Below, piece by piece: positions 17,626 through 26,641 of a stretch of DNA of 64,000 nucleotides (positions are counted from its first letter, which is position 1; each line of letters begins with the position of its first letter). Below the pieces are notes generated by a model. That model was not told the origin of the DNA and did not search any database. It saw only the letters and a program-made list of their open reading frames with translations. Position numbers and translations under genes: made by a program. The stretch is from Pirellulales bacterium (GTDB taxonomy: Bacteria; Planctomycetota; Planctomycetia; Pirellulales; JALHPA01). The stretch covers positions 621 to 64,620 of the forward strand of contig JBGSSS010000005.1 in NCBI GenBank assembly GCA_041736895.1, written 5' to 3'.

Positions 17626-18336
17626 TTAGCTTTTCAATTCACGCCCGCCGCTGCCATCGGGGGCTTTATGGCTGGCCAGTACAGGAGGCGCGGGATGCGA
17701 GTGGTGTTCTTTGATCATGCCGAGCGGCAGGAACTGGCCCGACGTCACGTCGTAGGCGTAAATCTCGCCCGTCTCGATTTCGTAGTGCCAGGCATGCAAC
17801 TTCAACGAGCCGCGCATCAGCCCGACCGCGACGGCCGGATGAGTTTGCAGGTTTTCGATCTGCGAGAGGACGTTTTCTTCGATGGTGGCGCTGAGGAGTT
17901 CGTCGCCAGACAGGTGGTGGTACTTGGCCCGCACGATTTGCCGAGTCGTTTCGGCGAGTTGCAGCCACTTGGCAGTATCGGGAAGTTCGGCGAGCATCTC
18001 GGGTTTGAGCAAGCCTTTCATCGCCCCGCATTGGGAATGGCCGCAGATGATGATGTCCTTGACGTCGAGCGCGCGGATGGCGAACTCGACCGCCGCCGTT
18101 TCGCCGCCATTGCTCGCGCCGTACGCGGGAACCATGTTGCCCGCATTGCGGAGAACAAACAGATCGCCTGGCGCGGTCTGCGTGATCAGATTCGGATCGA
18201 TGCGCGAATCGCTGCAAGTGATGAACATCGTGTTCGGCGATTGGCCGGAGCCGAGCCGCTCGAAGAGGTCGCGCTGTTCTTTGAAAACTTGCGAGCGAAA
18301 ATGATGGACCCCGGCGACGAGTTGTTGGACGGGCAT
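17626..18336 (-). CDS. Beta-class carbonic anhydrase
   Basis: ORF 17626..18483 trimmed to MPVQQLVAGVHHF, because the upstream part is translated repeat. CSDSRIDPN...VLRNAGN...CGHSQCGAM zinc-ligand motifs are present. Confidence 0.9.
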   Translation of the reverse strand: MPVQQLVAGVHHFRSQVFKEQRDLFERLGSGQSPNTMFITCSDSRIDPNLITQTAPGDLFVLRNAGNMVPAYGASNGGETAAVEFAIRALDVKDIIICGHSQCGAMKGLLKPEMLAELPDTAKWLQLAETTRQIVRAKYHHLSGDELLSATIEENVLSQIENLQTHPAVAVGLMRGSLKLHAWHYEIETGEIYAYDVTSGQFLPLGMIKEHHSHPAPPVLASHKAPDGSGGRELKS

Positions 18337-18449
18337 GGGGCAGGGAGTCAGGATTGCAGGAGACAGGAGGACAGGATGTGCTCCTGATAATATCCGGAAT
18401 TTTCGCGTGCGAATACGCGATCTTTCAAAACCGTTTAGCGGCGCAATTC

Positions 18450-18578
18450 GTAGGCCCGGCTGTGCCGGGCACAGCGAAGACATCGCCGGAAAATGGAATC
18501 TTGCATGCCAAGCAGCTTGGTTCGCAAAGCGTTTTGGTGTTGGAGAATCAACACTCGGTGCGGCACAGCCGCACCTAC
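18450..18578 (+). repeat. 129-nt structured interspersed element, copy A
   Basis: GTAGGCCCGGCTGTGCCGGGC ... CCAAGCAGCTTGG ... GTGCGGCACAGCCGCACCTAC. It lies 10 nt downstream of the TPR gene stop. Confidence 0.9.
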
Positions 18579-18588
18579 GTCAGAGAAA

Positions 18589-19191
18589 TTACACCAGCAT
18601 CGCGGTGAGTTGCCGGAAGCCCGGATCGTTGCGGATGGGGTCGAAATCGTGTTCTTTATGGACCAGCTCTTTGTAATCGGGGTCCAATTCGAACGCGATG
18701 GCCAGATGGCTCAGCGCCGCTTCTAGCCCGTGGGCCAGGCTCCAGTAACAAGCGAGATTGTAATGCACAATGGCCGTGCCGGGCTTTGCGGCGATCGCTT
18801 CTTGCAACGATTCGATGGCCATGTCCAGCCGGCCGCAGCGCTTGTAGCACCAACCGAGCGCGAGCCAGATGTGCAGATTTTCAGGTTCCAAATCCGCGGC
18901 TGCCCGCAGTGGAACGACGGCGTCAGCAAAGCGATCGAGCGCGCGGAGCGCTTGTCCGCGAAGATGTTGCGCGATGGCCCCGGCGCGGGTTCCTTCGGAC
19001 AAGATGTCCAGAGAATGCAACGCCCGCTGGGCGATGCGATGGCGATTTTCGACGCTGGCCGCGAGCGCATCGTCAAACAGCATGAGCAATTCGAGGTAAC
19101 CCTCGATTTCGCTCAAAATCCGCTGTCGGCGAATACGTTCGAGACTTTGCATCGTGGTTGTGCCTGCTCCGATTCTTCCGTGAGAATTCAC
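18589..19191 (-). CDS. Tetratricopeptide-repeat protein
   Basis: TPR-like A/L/Y periodicity (e.g. ALGWCYKRCGRLDMAIESLQEAIAAKPG, VHYNLACYWSLAHGLEAAL). Confidence 0.7.
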   Translation of the reverse strand: MNSHGRIGAGTTTMQSLERIRRQRILSEIEGYLELLMLFDDALAASVENRHRIAQRALHSLDILSEGTRAGAIAQHLRGQALRALDRFADAVVPLRAAADLEPENLHIWLALGWCYKRCGRLDMAIESLQEAIAAKPGTAIVHYNLACYWSLAHGLEAALSHLAIAFELDPDYKELVHKEHDFDPIRNDPGFRQLTAMLV

Positions 19192-19313
19192 TGATCTATC
19201 TCAAGTGTATGCCGCAAGAAACTTTTGCCAACTTCATTTACGCAATCCGATCAGATTGGTGCGAGCAAGACATGAATTTTTTATGAGAAGTTCACCTGCA
19301 TACGCCTTTACGC

Positions 19314-19346
19314 ATAAAAAACACCACGCTCTTGCGAACGTGGTGT
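19314..19346 (-). terminator. Rho-independent terminator downstream of the HDOD gene
   Basis: The minus strand reads ACACCACG-ttcgcaagag-CGTGGTGT followed by TTTTTTAT. Confidence 0.7.
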
Positions 19347-19379
19347 CTGGATTTGGCACTCATCTAGCTGACGCAGTTT

Positions 19380-19447
19380 CGTACGACGGACTTCTAGTCC
19401 GTCGCAACATTTTCCCAGTTTTCGACGGACTAGAAGTCCGTCGTACG
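19380..19447. repeat. Perfect 25-bp inverted repeat whose arms are themselves palindromic (68 nt)
   Basis: CGTACGACGGACTTCTAGTCCGTCG - 18 nt - CGACGGACTAGAAGTCCGTCGTACG. It lies 15 nt after the HDOD stop. Confidence 0.9.
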
Positions 19448-19462
19448 GTGAACGCTGCCGAA

Positions 19463-20374
19463 TTACGTTGTTTGCAGGGCTTCGTCGTAGCTAGCGACCA
19501 GCGTCTTGGACGGCATGGCCAACTTCAAGACCGGAGCAAAATCGATATACTCCTTGTCGATCTGGGCGAGCAGATCGTTGATCGCCGGAGCATTGGCCGG
19601 CTTGGTCGCTTGGAAGTATTGGTCGAACGTCGCAGCTTCGGTCCAAGTATTCACGCTGCACGATGGCAGGTAAGCCGACAACGCCACGGCGATCTTCCCC
19701 GGGTTCTTATCCTTGTTCGGCAAGAGGGATTCCAGGTTGGTGTGGCTTTCGAGCATGTTGGCGAATTCTTCGGGCATCTTCCAGCCGCGGGCCATGGCCC
19801 CGGCGACTTCGGCATGTTGGAAGCCGAATTTTTCTTGTTCGAGTTCCGACAAACGGCGGCCGGTCTTGGCGCGTTCGTCGAGCATCGCCAGATAATCTTG
19901 CGGCTTTTCCCTGGCGATCAACGGCACGGCCATGTCTTGCAGCAGCGCGGCGGCGAAAACTACTTCGGCATCTTTCAACCCGAGCAGCTTGGCATAAGCC
20001 CGGGCGAACAAAGCCCGGCGAAGCGAATCTTGCCAAAGGCTCTTAAGGTCAAAAGGTCCGCATTTCGGGTTCGGCATCAGGCTAAAAACCGCGCTCCACA
20101 AAGCAAAGTTCTTGATCGTGCGAATACCCACCAGGGTGATCGACATCTTGATGTTGCTGATCTCGCGGGAGAAGCCGAAGTAGGCCGAGTTGACGAACTT
20201 CAGAATCTGGCCAGTCAGGCCGGCGTCGGCTTCGATCGGCACGGCGAATTCGGCGGGGCCTTTGTTTGGATCTCGCGAGAGCTCCATAAGCTTGATCGCG
20301 CTTTGCGGCAGAGCCGGCAGTTGGGCATTGCCCAAGAGGGCCTGAAAGTTTTTTGTCGGAGTGGTCGTGCTCAT
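19463..20374 (-). CDS. HDOD-domain signalling protein
   Basis: ORF 19463..20437 trimmed to MSTTTPTKNF. LPALPQSAIKLMELSRDPNKGPAEFAVPIEADAGLTGQILKFVNSAYFGFSREI matches the HDOD signature. Confidence 0.85.
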   Translation of the reverse strand: MSTTTPTKNFQALLGNAQLPALPQSAIKLMELSRDPNKGPAEFAVPIEADAGLTGQILKFVNSAYFGFSREISNIKMSITLVGIRTIKNFALWSAVFSLMPNPKCGPFDLKSLWQDSLRRALFARAYAKLLGLKDAEVVFAAALLQDMAVPLIAREKPQDYLAMLDERAKTGRRLSELEQEKFGFQHAEVAGAMARGWKMPEEFANMLESHTNLESLLPNKDKNPGKIAVALSAYLPSCSVNTWTEAATFDQYFQATKPANAPAINDLLAQIDKEYIDFAPVLKLAMPSKTLVASYDEALQTT

Positions 20375-20829
20375 GATGCGTTCTATGTCTTGGGGAAGTT
20401 TCCCATGCCGGGGAAGACCGTGATTGCCGTAACCCATACGGCGGCGCGGTCAGGGCCGAGGTAGCCCGTCGCCATGCCAAAACTTAGGCCGTGATTCTCG
20501 GAGCGGCAAATTTCGGGAGGCGGAAAAATCAGGAAAATCTTGCCCCCCAATTGGCGCTAACAACTCCCTCATACTTTCAGTTTGACGCCATTTCTCCCCA
20601 GGTGTTGCAGAACCACCTCAAGAGTCGCAAATGAGGCAATTTCGCAACACCTTCCTAATCCCGGCTCGCACCGCGCAAAACACTGCACTGCAAGAACTTA
20701 AAGCCGGGCAATAGTCCCGATCAAACACTGGCCCTGGCTTTGCCTTGGACCTTCTGGCAAGCAACTCGGAGTCGTTCCCGGCGATTCGCCTCCTCCGTCG
20801 TTGTTTCCCGACAATCAAGGCAAAACCGA

Positions 20830-21180
20830 ATGGGCTTGGAATTCCTCTCGAAGTCGGTCTTTTGGATCTGGTATTCGCTTCAACCAGCGCCAACTCCCTT
20901 GCCGGAAGCTCCGGTTGTGCCGACCAAGCATATTTTGCAAGCGACCTGGATTGAACCGGTCTCGCTGCGAGACGAAACGAGCCTGCCGACATTGCGGCAG
21001 CCCGCCGAAACACGAAAGACATCGCGTATGCCGTCGAAAATGACGGGAATTCGAGAACAACAGCCGCGAAAGCCTCTTTGGAAAGCCGCAAAAACCTGGG
21101 AATTGCCGCCAATTCTCTGGGCTGGCTTCGAAGGATTTCTAGCTGCTGGCTTGGGGATTATTAGCCTAATAAAGCCGTAG
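20830..21180 (+). CDS. Possible small hypothetical protein with a C-terminal hydrophobic segment (weak call)
   Basis: Internal ATG of ORF 20740..21180. Codon choices (tcg, ccg, gaa, ttg) resemble real genes here. The stop TAG is the GTAGG terminus of repeat copy C, which would stop any ORF entering in this frame. No recognisable domain. Confidence 0.25.
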   Translation: MGLEFLSKSVFWIWYSLQPAPTPLPEAPVVPTKHILQATWIEPVSLRDETSLPTLRQPAETRKTSRMPSKMTGIREQQPRKPLWKAAKTWELPPILWAGFEGFLAAGLGIISLIKP

Positions 21181-21304
21181 GTGCGGCTGTGTCGCACAAA
21201 GGATTGAGCCTCCAGTTCAAATACGCTTTGCTTACCAAGCCGGCTGGCATGCGAGATCGAATTCTTGGCTATGTCTTGTGTTTGCCCGGCACAGCCGGGC
21301 CTAC
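21177..21304 (-). repeat. 129-nt structured interspersed element, copy C (inverted orientation, 128 nt)
   Basis: Its reverse complement begins GTAGGCCCGGCTGTGCCGGGC and ends GTGCGACACAGCCGCACCTAC. Confidence 0.9.
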
Positions 21305-21398
21305 GAAAATTCTCTAGAAAATTTGTACGGATTCGCGTGCCTGCTGGCACTATTACTCCTGGCGGCACCATTTCTGTGTTTCTGTCGGGAGATATGCG

Positions 21399-23762
21399 AT
21401 GCGACTGACGTTGCGGACATTGTTGGCTCATATGGACGATGTCTTGGAGCCGAATGATCGGGCCGAGGTAGGCCAAAAGATCGAAGAAAGCGAATTCGCC
21501 AAAACGCTGCTGCAGCGCATCCGCGATGTCACGAGCCGCACACGCTTGGGGACGCCGAAAGTGCTCGGCAAAGGTTTGGCCGCCGACTCGAATACGGTGG
21601 CCGAGTATCTCGATCACATCATGCACAATGAAAAGGTGCAGGAGTTCGAGAAGGTTTGCCTTGAATCCGATATCCATCTAGCCGAAGTCGCTTCCTGTCA
21701 CCAAGTTTTGGCCTTGGTGCTTGGTCACCCTGCTGATATTGATCCGGCGATGCGGCGGCGGATGTACGATGTGATCAACCGTCCCGATGAGCCGCTCGAA
21801 CCGGAACATCCGCCAGTTGCCGCTGCCGCGGCGAACGGCGCTGCGCCACATGTCCCGCCGGCCAATCCTTTGCCAGTTGCGGCTTCTCCAGCAACCCCCG
21901 TTCGCGCAAGTTCCCCGGATCCCATGGAACGCGAACGAACGGTTCCTGATTACCTCAAGTCTGAATCCAAAAAGTCCCCGCTGCTTTGGGCCATCGCTGC
22001 GGGAATCCTTTTGCTCCTCGGACTCGGTATCGCTCGTATTATCGGTCCGTTCGACAATAATCATCCGATCGCTGGCCTCTTTGGCGCGAAGCCTGATCCG
22101 ACGCCGGTAGCCAACAACACGACCACTGCTCCGGCGAACAACACTCCCGCCAAGACTACTACACCAGAGAATCCAACGAACAAACCTGCCGTCGACCCAG
22201 CCAACAATCAGGCTGCGTTAACTCCGGCAGTGGCGAACCCGGCAGTGACGACTCCCGCGACAGATTCCCCAGTGCCAACAACGCCGGCGAATCCCAATGC
22301 AGTTGTCGCAACACCAAATCCCGTCGTCTCCCCTGTCCCAGGGTCGAACCCTACAGTGAATCCTGCGCCAGTTCCTGCGACAAACCCCGCGGTAGCGCTC
22401 AACCAACCGAACAACACGATTGGCGTGGAAGGGGCAGCGCCCGCAGTTCCCGCGGGCAATCCGGCCAACGTTGTCGCACCAACGGTGACTCCGGCGACGA
22501 CCGGACCTGATGCCGTCACTCCGGTGCCTCCACAGCCAATGCCCGCGGCTGATCCGGGGAATGTGCCAGCCGCGCCCGTCGTACCGGGAATTGCCGGACG
22601 GATGACACAAGACGGGACGCAAGTCCTGCTGAGTTGGCGCACGCCGCCGGGGGGCGAAGGAGCCTGGGTCCGCGTCAATGCCAACGAGACGATCGCGGAG
22701 GGTGAACGGCTGCTCGGGCTGCATACATATCGGCCAGCGCTGCTGCTCAAGAACGGGTTGAGTCTGCAACTGATCGGCGAGACACAACTCGAAGTCTATT
22801 CCACCCCGAACGAAGATATCCCGCTCATCCGTCTCCATTTTGGAAGGATCGTTGTCGCCAGCAGCGGCAAAGCCAACACCAAGCTTGCCATCGAGCCAGG
22901 CGTCAAGCAATCCGGGCTCCTAACTCTCAACGATCCCGATTCGCTCATCGCGATCGAAGTCCAGCGAAGCCTGCCGGTTGGCTCGAACCCGGAAGCCGTT
23001 CAATCCCAAGTCAGCGCCAATCTCTACATCGCGGCGGGCCGCGCGCAGTGGCAGCCCGATGCGGCGGTCGCCGCCGGCGAGCCGTTGGCGGGGCCGCTCT
23101 TGGTCAAACTGCTCGCGCGGCCAGATAGCTTGCAACCGCCAGAGACCAAACTGCCAACCTGGATCATCAAGAACGAACTTTCGGGCTTCGATAGCCAGGC
23201 TTCGGGCCCCTTCTCGCAATTACTGATGAGCAGACAATCCGTCGGCTTGGCATTGAGAGAATTTGCCAATACGGATCGCCGCGCGGAAATCAAGTATCTG
23301 GCCGCGCGGAGTTTGGCCTTGATCGACGATTTTGATTTTTTCATCGATAGCTTCACTGACGTCGATCAAAAGGGCGTTTGGAAAAAGGAAATCGAAACGC
23401 TCCAGCAAGCGCTCGCTCGCGGGCCAGACACCGCGAAACTGGTGCGCGAAGCATTCGTCAAACAGCGCCCAGCCTATGGCGAAAAACTCTATCGCTATCT
23501 GTGGGGCGCGACCGTCGCGGACCTGGCGACCGGACTCGGCGACGATCTTATCGCATCGCTGGATAGTGATAATCTCGAGTTGCGCGTCCTGGCGTATCAC
23601 TGCCTGCGCACCGCGTCCGCCGATGCCGAGGGCAAAAGCCCGACGCATAATTTTGTAGCAGAGTCCAGCAACGCGGTCGCGCGGCAACAAGCCGTGCAGC
23701 GTTGGAAGCAGCATGTGCGAGATCTCGTGCGCAAAGTTCCGGCGGCTCCGGTGGAACCATAA
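21399..23762 (+). CDS. Large membrane-anchored protein: conserved planctomycete N-domain, TM helix, ~170-aa P/T/A/N/V-rich linker, C-terminal globular region
   Basis: N-terminus MRLTLRTLLAHMDDVLEPNDRAEVGQKIEESEFAKTLLQRIRDV (anti-sigma-like family common in planctomycetes). TM helix LLWAIAAGILLLLGLGIARII. Low-complexity linker at aa 231-397. Confidence 0.8.
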   Translation: MRLTLRTLLAHMDDVLEPNDRAEVGQKIEESEFAKTLLQRIRDVTSRTRLGTPKVLGKGLAADSNTVAEYLDHIMHNEKVQEFEKVCLESDIHLAEVASCHQVLALVLGHPADIDPAMRRRMYDVINRPDEPLEPEHPPVAAAAANGAAPHVPPANPLPVAASPATPVRASSPDPMERERTVPDYLKSESKKSPLLWAIAAGILLLLGLGIARIIGPFDNNHPIAGLFGAKPDPTPVANNTTTAPANNTPAKTTTPENPTNKPAVDPANNQAALTPAVANPAVTTPATDSPVPTTPANPNAVVATPNPVVSPVPGSNPTVNPAPVPATNPAVALNQPNNTIGVEGAAPAVPAGNPANVVAPTVTPATTGPDAVTPVPPQPMPAADPGNVPAAPVVPGIAGRMTQDGTQVLLSWRTPPGGEGAWVRVNANETIAEGERLLGLHTYRPALLLKNGLSLQLIGETQLEVYSTPNEDIPLIRLHFGRIVVASSGKANTKLAIEPGVKQSGLLTLNDPDSLIAIEVQRSLPVGSNPEAVQSQVSANLYIAAGRAQWQPDAAVAAGEPLAGPLLVKLLARPDSLQPPETKLPTWIIKNELSGFDSQASGPFSQLLMSRQSVGLALREFANTDRRAEIKYLAARSLALIDDFDFFIDSFTDVDQKGVWKKEIETLQQALARGPDTAKLVREAFVKQRPAYGEKLYRYLWGATVADLATGLGDDLIASLDSDNLELRVLAYHCLRTASADAEGKSPTHNFVAESSNAVARQQAVQRWKQHVRDLVRKVPAAPVEP

Positions 23763-23894
23763 GAAGCAGGACATATCGCTCGCCTTCGACTCGCCGCTAA
23801 CCGGGTTGAATGCGCTGCTACACTTTCGCGCGCCGCCATTATAATGCGAGTCCTGCCTGCGACTCTCCCCTGCCTTTCCCCCGGATACTGCGCT

Positions 23895-24944
23895 ATGAAA
23901 CACGCGTTCTTGTTCCTGTTGTGCTGGACTTCTTTCCTGTCGCTCGCCACGGCGCGTGATGTGCCTTCGACGGCTCAAACCGCGACGTCGATGACCGACG
24001 CCGCGCAGAAGTTCCTCAAGACGCTGGACGATGCCGCTGCAAAAAAAGCGACAATCGCCTTTGACGATCCGAAGCGCATGGACTGGCACAATATTCCGAA
24101 GGCCGAACGCAAAGGGCTGCAATTCAAAGACATGTCCCCGCTGCAGCGCGAGGCGTGCTTGGCCATGCTCAAAGCCTCTCTCAGCGATGTCGGTTACGAC
24201 AAGGCACAGAAAATCATGTCTCTGGAAGCCAACTTGAAAGAAGGCGAGAAGAATCTCAAGAACGGTCAGTTGCGCGATCCGCAACGCTACTTTCTGACGA
24301 TTTTCGGCAAACCCGCCGACAAAGGTGACTGGGGTTACAGCTTCGAAGGCCATCACTTCTCGTTGAACTTCGTCATCAGCAACAACCGTGTCATCGCCAG
24401 CACGCCCAGCTTCTGGGGAGCGAATCCCGCGACGGTGCAGATCTTTGTCGAAGGAGGGCCGCAGAAGGGAACCCGCACGCTCGCACAGGAAGAACAATTG
24501 GCGTTCGACTTGGTGAACTCGCTCGACGACGCGCAAAAGAAAAAAGCGATCGTCGCCGACAAGGCCCCCAAGGAATACCGCAATGCCGGCGACCCGAAGC
24601 CGCCGCACGCAACCGACAAAGAACTCGGCATCTCGGCGAGCGAATTGACTGACGCGCAGAAGAAAACGCTCATGTCGCTCCTCGAAACGTACAACGCGAA
24701 TCTTGCGAAGGAAGTCGCCGAGTCGCGCCTCGCGCAGATCAAGGCCGCCGGTCTTGAACGCGTCGGTTTCGCTTGGCTCGGCTCGACCAAACCGGGCGTC
24801 GGCCACAGCTACCGCGTCGAAGGGCCGACGTTCGTGCTGGAACTGATCAACGTCCAATCCGACCCCGCCGGCAACCCCGCAAACCACATCCACTCGGTCT
24901 GGCGCGACGCCCGGGGCGATTTCGGGACGAGCAAAACGGAGTAG
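23895..24944 (+). CDS. DUF3500-type secreted protein
   Basis: ORF 23844..24944 trimmed to the signal peptide MKHAFLFLLCWTSFLSLATA. YSFEGHHFSLNFVI and NPANHIHSVWRD resemble DUF3500. Family call is from memory. Confidence 0.7.
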   Translation: MKHAFLFLLCWTSFLSLATARDVPSTAQTATSMTDAAQKFLKTLDDAAAKKATIAFDDPKRMDWHNIPKAERKGLQFKDMSPLQREACLAMLKASLSDVGYDKAQKIMSLEANLKEGEKNLKNGQLRDPQRYFLTIFGKPADKGDWGYSFEGHHFSLNFVISNNRVIASTPSFWGANPATVQIFVEGGPQKGTRTLAQEEQLAFDLVNSLDDAQKKKAIVADKAPKEYRNAGDPKPPHATDKELGISASELTDAQKKTLMSLLETYNANLAKEVAESRLAQIKAAGLERVGFAWLGSTKPGVGHSYRVEGPTFVLELINVQSDPAGNPANHIHSVWRDARGDFGTSKTE

Positions 24945-25015
24945 CTTGCCGCTCGTAGCTCGAAGCCATGCTTCGAGTGCATTCCTCGTTACCAAGCCCC
25001 AGCTTGGTAACGAGT

Positions 25016-26641
25016 TCATGGCGTTTCACCTGCAAACGCAAACTGCTCCAGCGGCACCGAGAGATGTTCCGCGAACCACGCGGCTTGCTGCTTAAGCCGG
25101 CCATCGTCGCTCGCGCGTTCGAGGCGTAAAATCTCGCCGCGGACGGTTCGCACCGCTTCGCCGTGCTCGACGAGAACCTCACCCGCTTTGATCGTGTACC
25201 GCGGAGCTTGGAACATCGCTTCGTAGTTGGCATCCGGCCGATAGATCGTCACGTCGCCGCGGGCGCCAACGCCGAGATGACCGCGATCCGCGAGACCAAG
25301 CATCCGGGCCGGCGCTGCGCGGGTGATGATGCAGATCTCGTTCAAGCTATACTCGCGGTCGATCCCGCGCAGGATCGTTTGTTCGCGCACGGCACGTGGC
25401 AGCTTGGCGATTGCCTCGCGGCGGAACGCACTGTCCATCAGCAAACGCACCAAATACGGATACCGCCAAAACGTCGCGCCGTTTGGGTGATCGGTCGTCA
25501 GCGCCATCCGCCACGGATCGCGCATCAGCAAATACCATTCGAGCCCGATGACGAATTGCCAGGCGTGGATAACCGACTTGTTCTTGTACTCGATCGGAAA
25601 CACACCGCAGCCGCCGACGCCCTCGAGATCGTGATTCACGCGCCGCCCGCCGGTGATTCGCGCCAGGTACTGCGCCGCCGCGCTGTCACCCGTCATGCTC
25701 AGCGTCGGCCCGAAGAGGGCCTGGCCGACGTCGACAGTGATTTGCGGCTGCGCGTCGAGCTCCGCAACCAGTTCGGAGACGCGCGAGCCGAATGTCGTCT
25801 CATCGCCCGCGCCGCCAGCGTAGCTGTGATATTGAATGTGCGTCAGATGCGCCGGCAAGCCAGCCAACGCGCGGATCGTCGCTTGCGTCGTCCGCCAATT
25901 CCCCGGCAAGCCGAGGTTGTTGCCGTGCAGGTGAATCGGATGAGGCAGTTTGAGTTCTTGTGCGAGCTGCGCCAATTCGACAATGATCTGCCGCGGCGTA
26001 AGCTTCAGGTCCGGCAACTCTAGGTTGAGGTCCGACTCATCATGCGCGCGGCCTTGTTTCCAGGCCTCAACACCGCCGGGATTCACGAGCTTGAAAGCGT
26101 ACCCACGCCCCACGGTCAGAATCCAGGCCAGGTAATCTCGCGCGGCGGCGCGATCCCCCGCCGCGAGCTTTTCCAGCAAGTACCGATCATTGCCGACGAG
26201 CAAGTAACAACCCGAGTCGACTTGCGGCGTGTCTCGCAGATCGCGATGCGCCAGCCGCGCGAGCAGCGGCGCGATCGCCGCATCGAACACTGTCGTGTAG
26301 CCCAAGCCCGCGTACTTCATCCCCGTCATCCAACTCGTCGGCGCGATTCCGAGCGATCCGCCAGGTTGCAGCAACGTGGACGGCGTGTGCTCGCCCGTGC
26401 GGCGCGCCTCGGGCAGCAGCCCGCGGCCGATGTTGACCTTGCTTCCGGCGATATGCGAGTGCATATCGATCCCGCCGGGCATGACGACATCGCCCACGGC
26501 GTCGATCACCCGCGTCGCTTTCGTCCCGCGCGGCGGCGCGGCGATGACTAGGCCGTTCTGTATCCACAGATCTCGCACCTCGTCCACGTTGTTCGTCGGG
26601 TCAATGACCCGGCCGCCGGTGATTTGGAGGAGTTCGCTCAT
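25016..26641 (-). CDS. fhcA: Formyltransferase/hydrolase complex subunit A (formylmethanofuran dehydrogenase subunit A homologue, amidohydrolase fold)
   Basis: MSELLQITGGRVIDPTNNVDEVRDLWIQNGLV...VMPGGIDMHSHIAG. It is about 540 aa and is ATGA-coupled to the upstream subunit B-like gene. Confidence 0.8.
   Translation of the reverse strand: MSELLQITGGRVIDPTNNVDEVRDLWIQNGLVIAAPPRGTKATRVIDAVGDVVMPGGIDMHSHIAGSKVNIGRGLLPEARRTGEHTPSTLLQPGGSLGIAPTSWMTGMKYAGLGYTTVFDAAIAPLLARLAHRDLRDTPQVDSGCYLLVGNDRYLLEKLAAGDRAAARDYLAWILTVGRGYAFKLVNPGGVEAWKQGRAHDESDLNLELPDLKLTPRQIIVELAQLAQELKLPHPIHLHGNNLGLPGNWRTTQATIRALAGLPAHLTHIQYHSYAGGAGDETTFGSRVSELVAELDAQPQITVDVGQALFGPTLSMTGDSAAAQYLARITGGRRVNHDLEGVGGCGVFPIEYKNKSVIHAWQFVIGLEWYLLMRDPWRMALTTDHPNGATFWRYPYLVRLLMDSAFRREAIAKLPRAVREQTILRGIDREYSLNEICIITRAAPARMLGLADRGHLGVGARGDVTIYRPDANYEAMFQAPRYTIKAGEVLVEHGEAVRTVRGEILRLERASDDGRLKQQAAWFAEHLSVPLEQFAFAGETP

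Noticed and set aside
20618-21112. 164-aa minus-strand ORF in the 930-nt gap
   Set aside because: R/A/S-rich composition, no motif, and it overlaps the alternative plus-strand frame. Not supportable as a gene.
23220-25019. 599-aa ORF on the minus strand, one of the longest in the track
   Set aside because: It lies antisense to two better-supported genes (the end of 21399..23762 and the DUF3500 gene). It is R/A/G-rich with no motifs, as expected for an off-frame reading of G+C-rich coding DNA.
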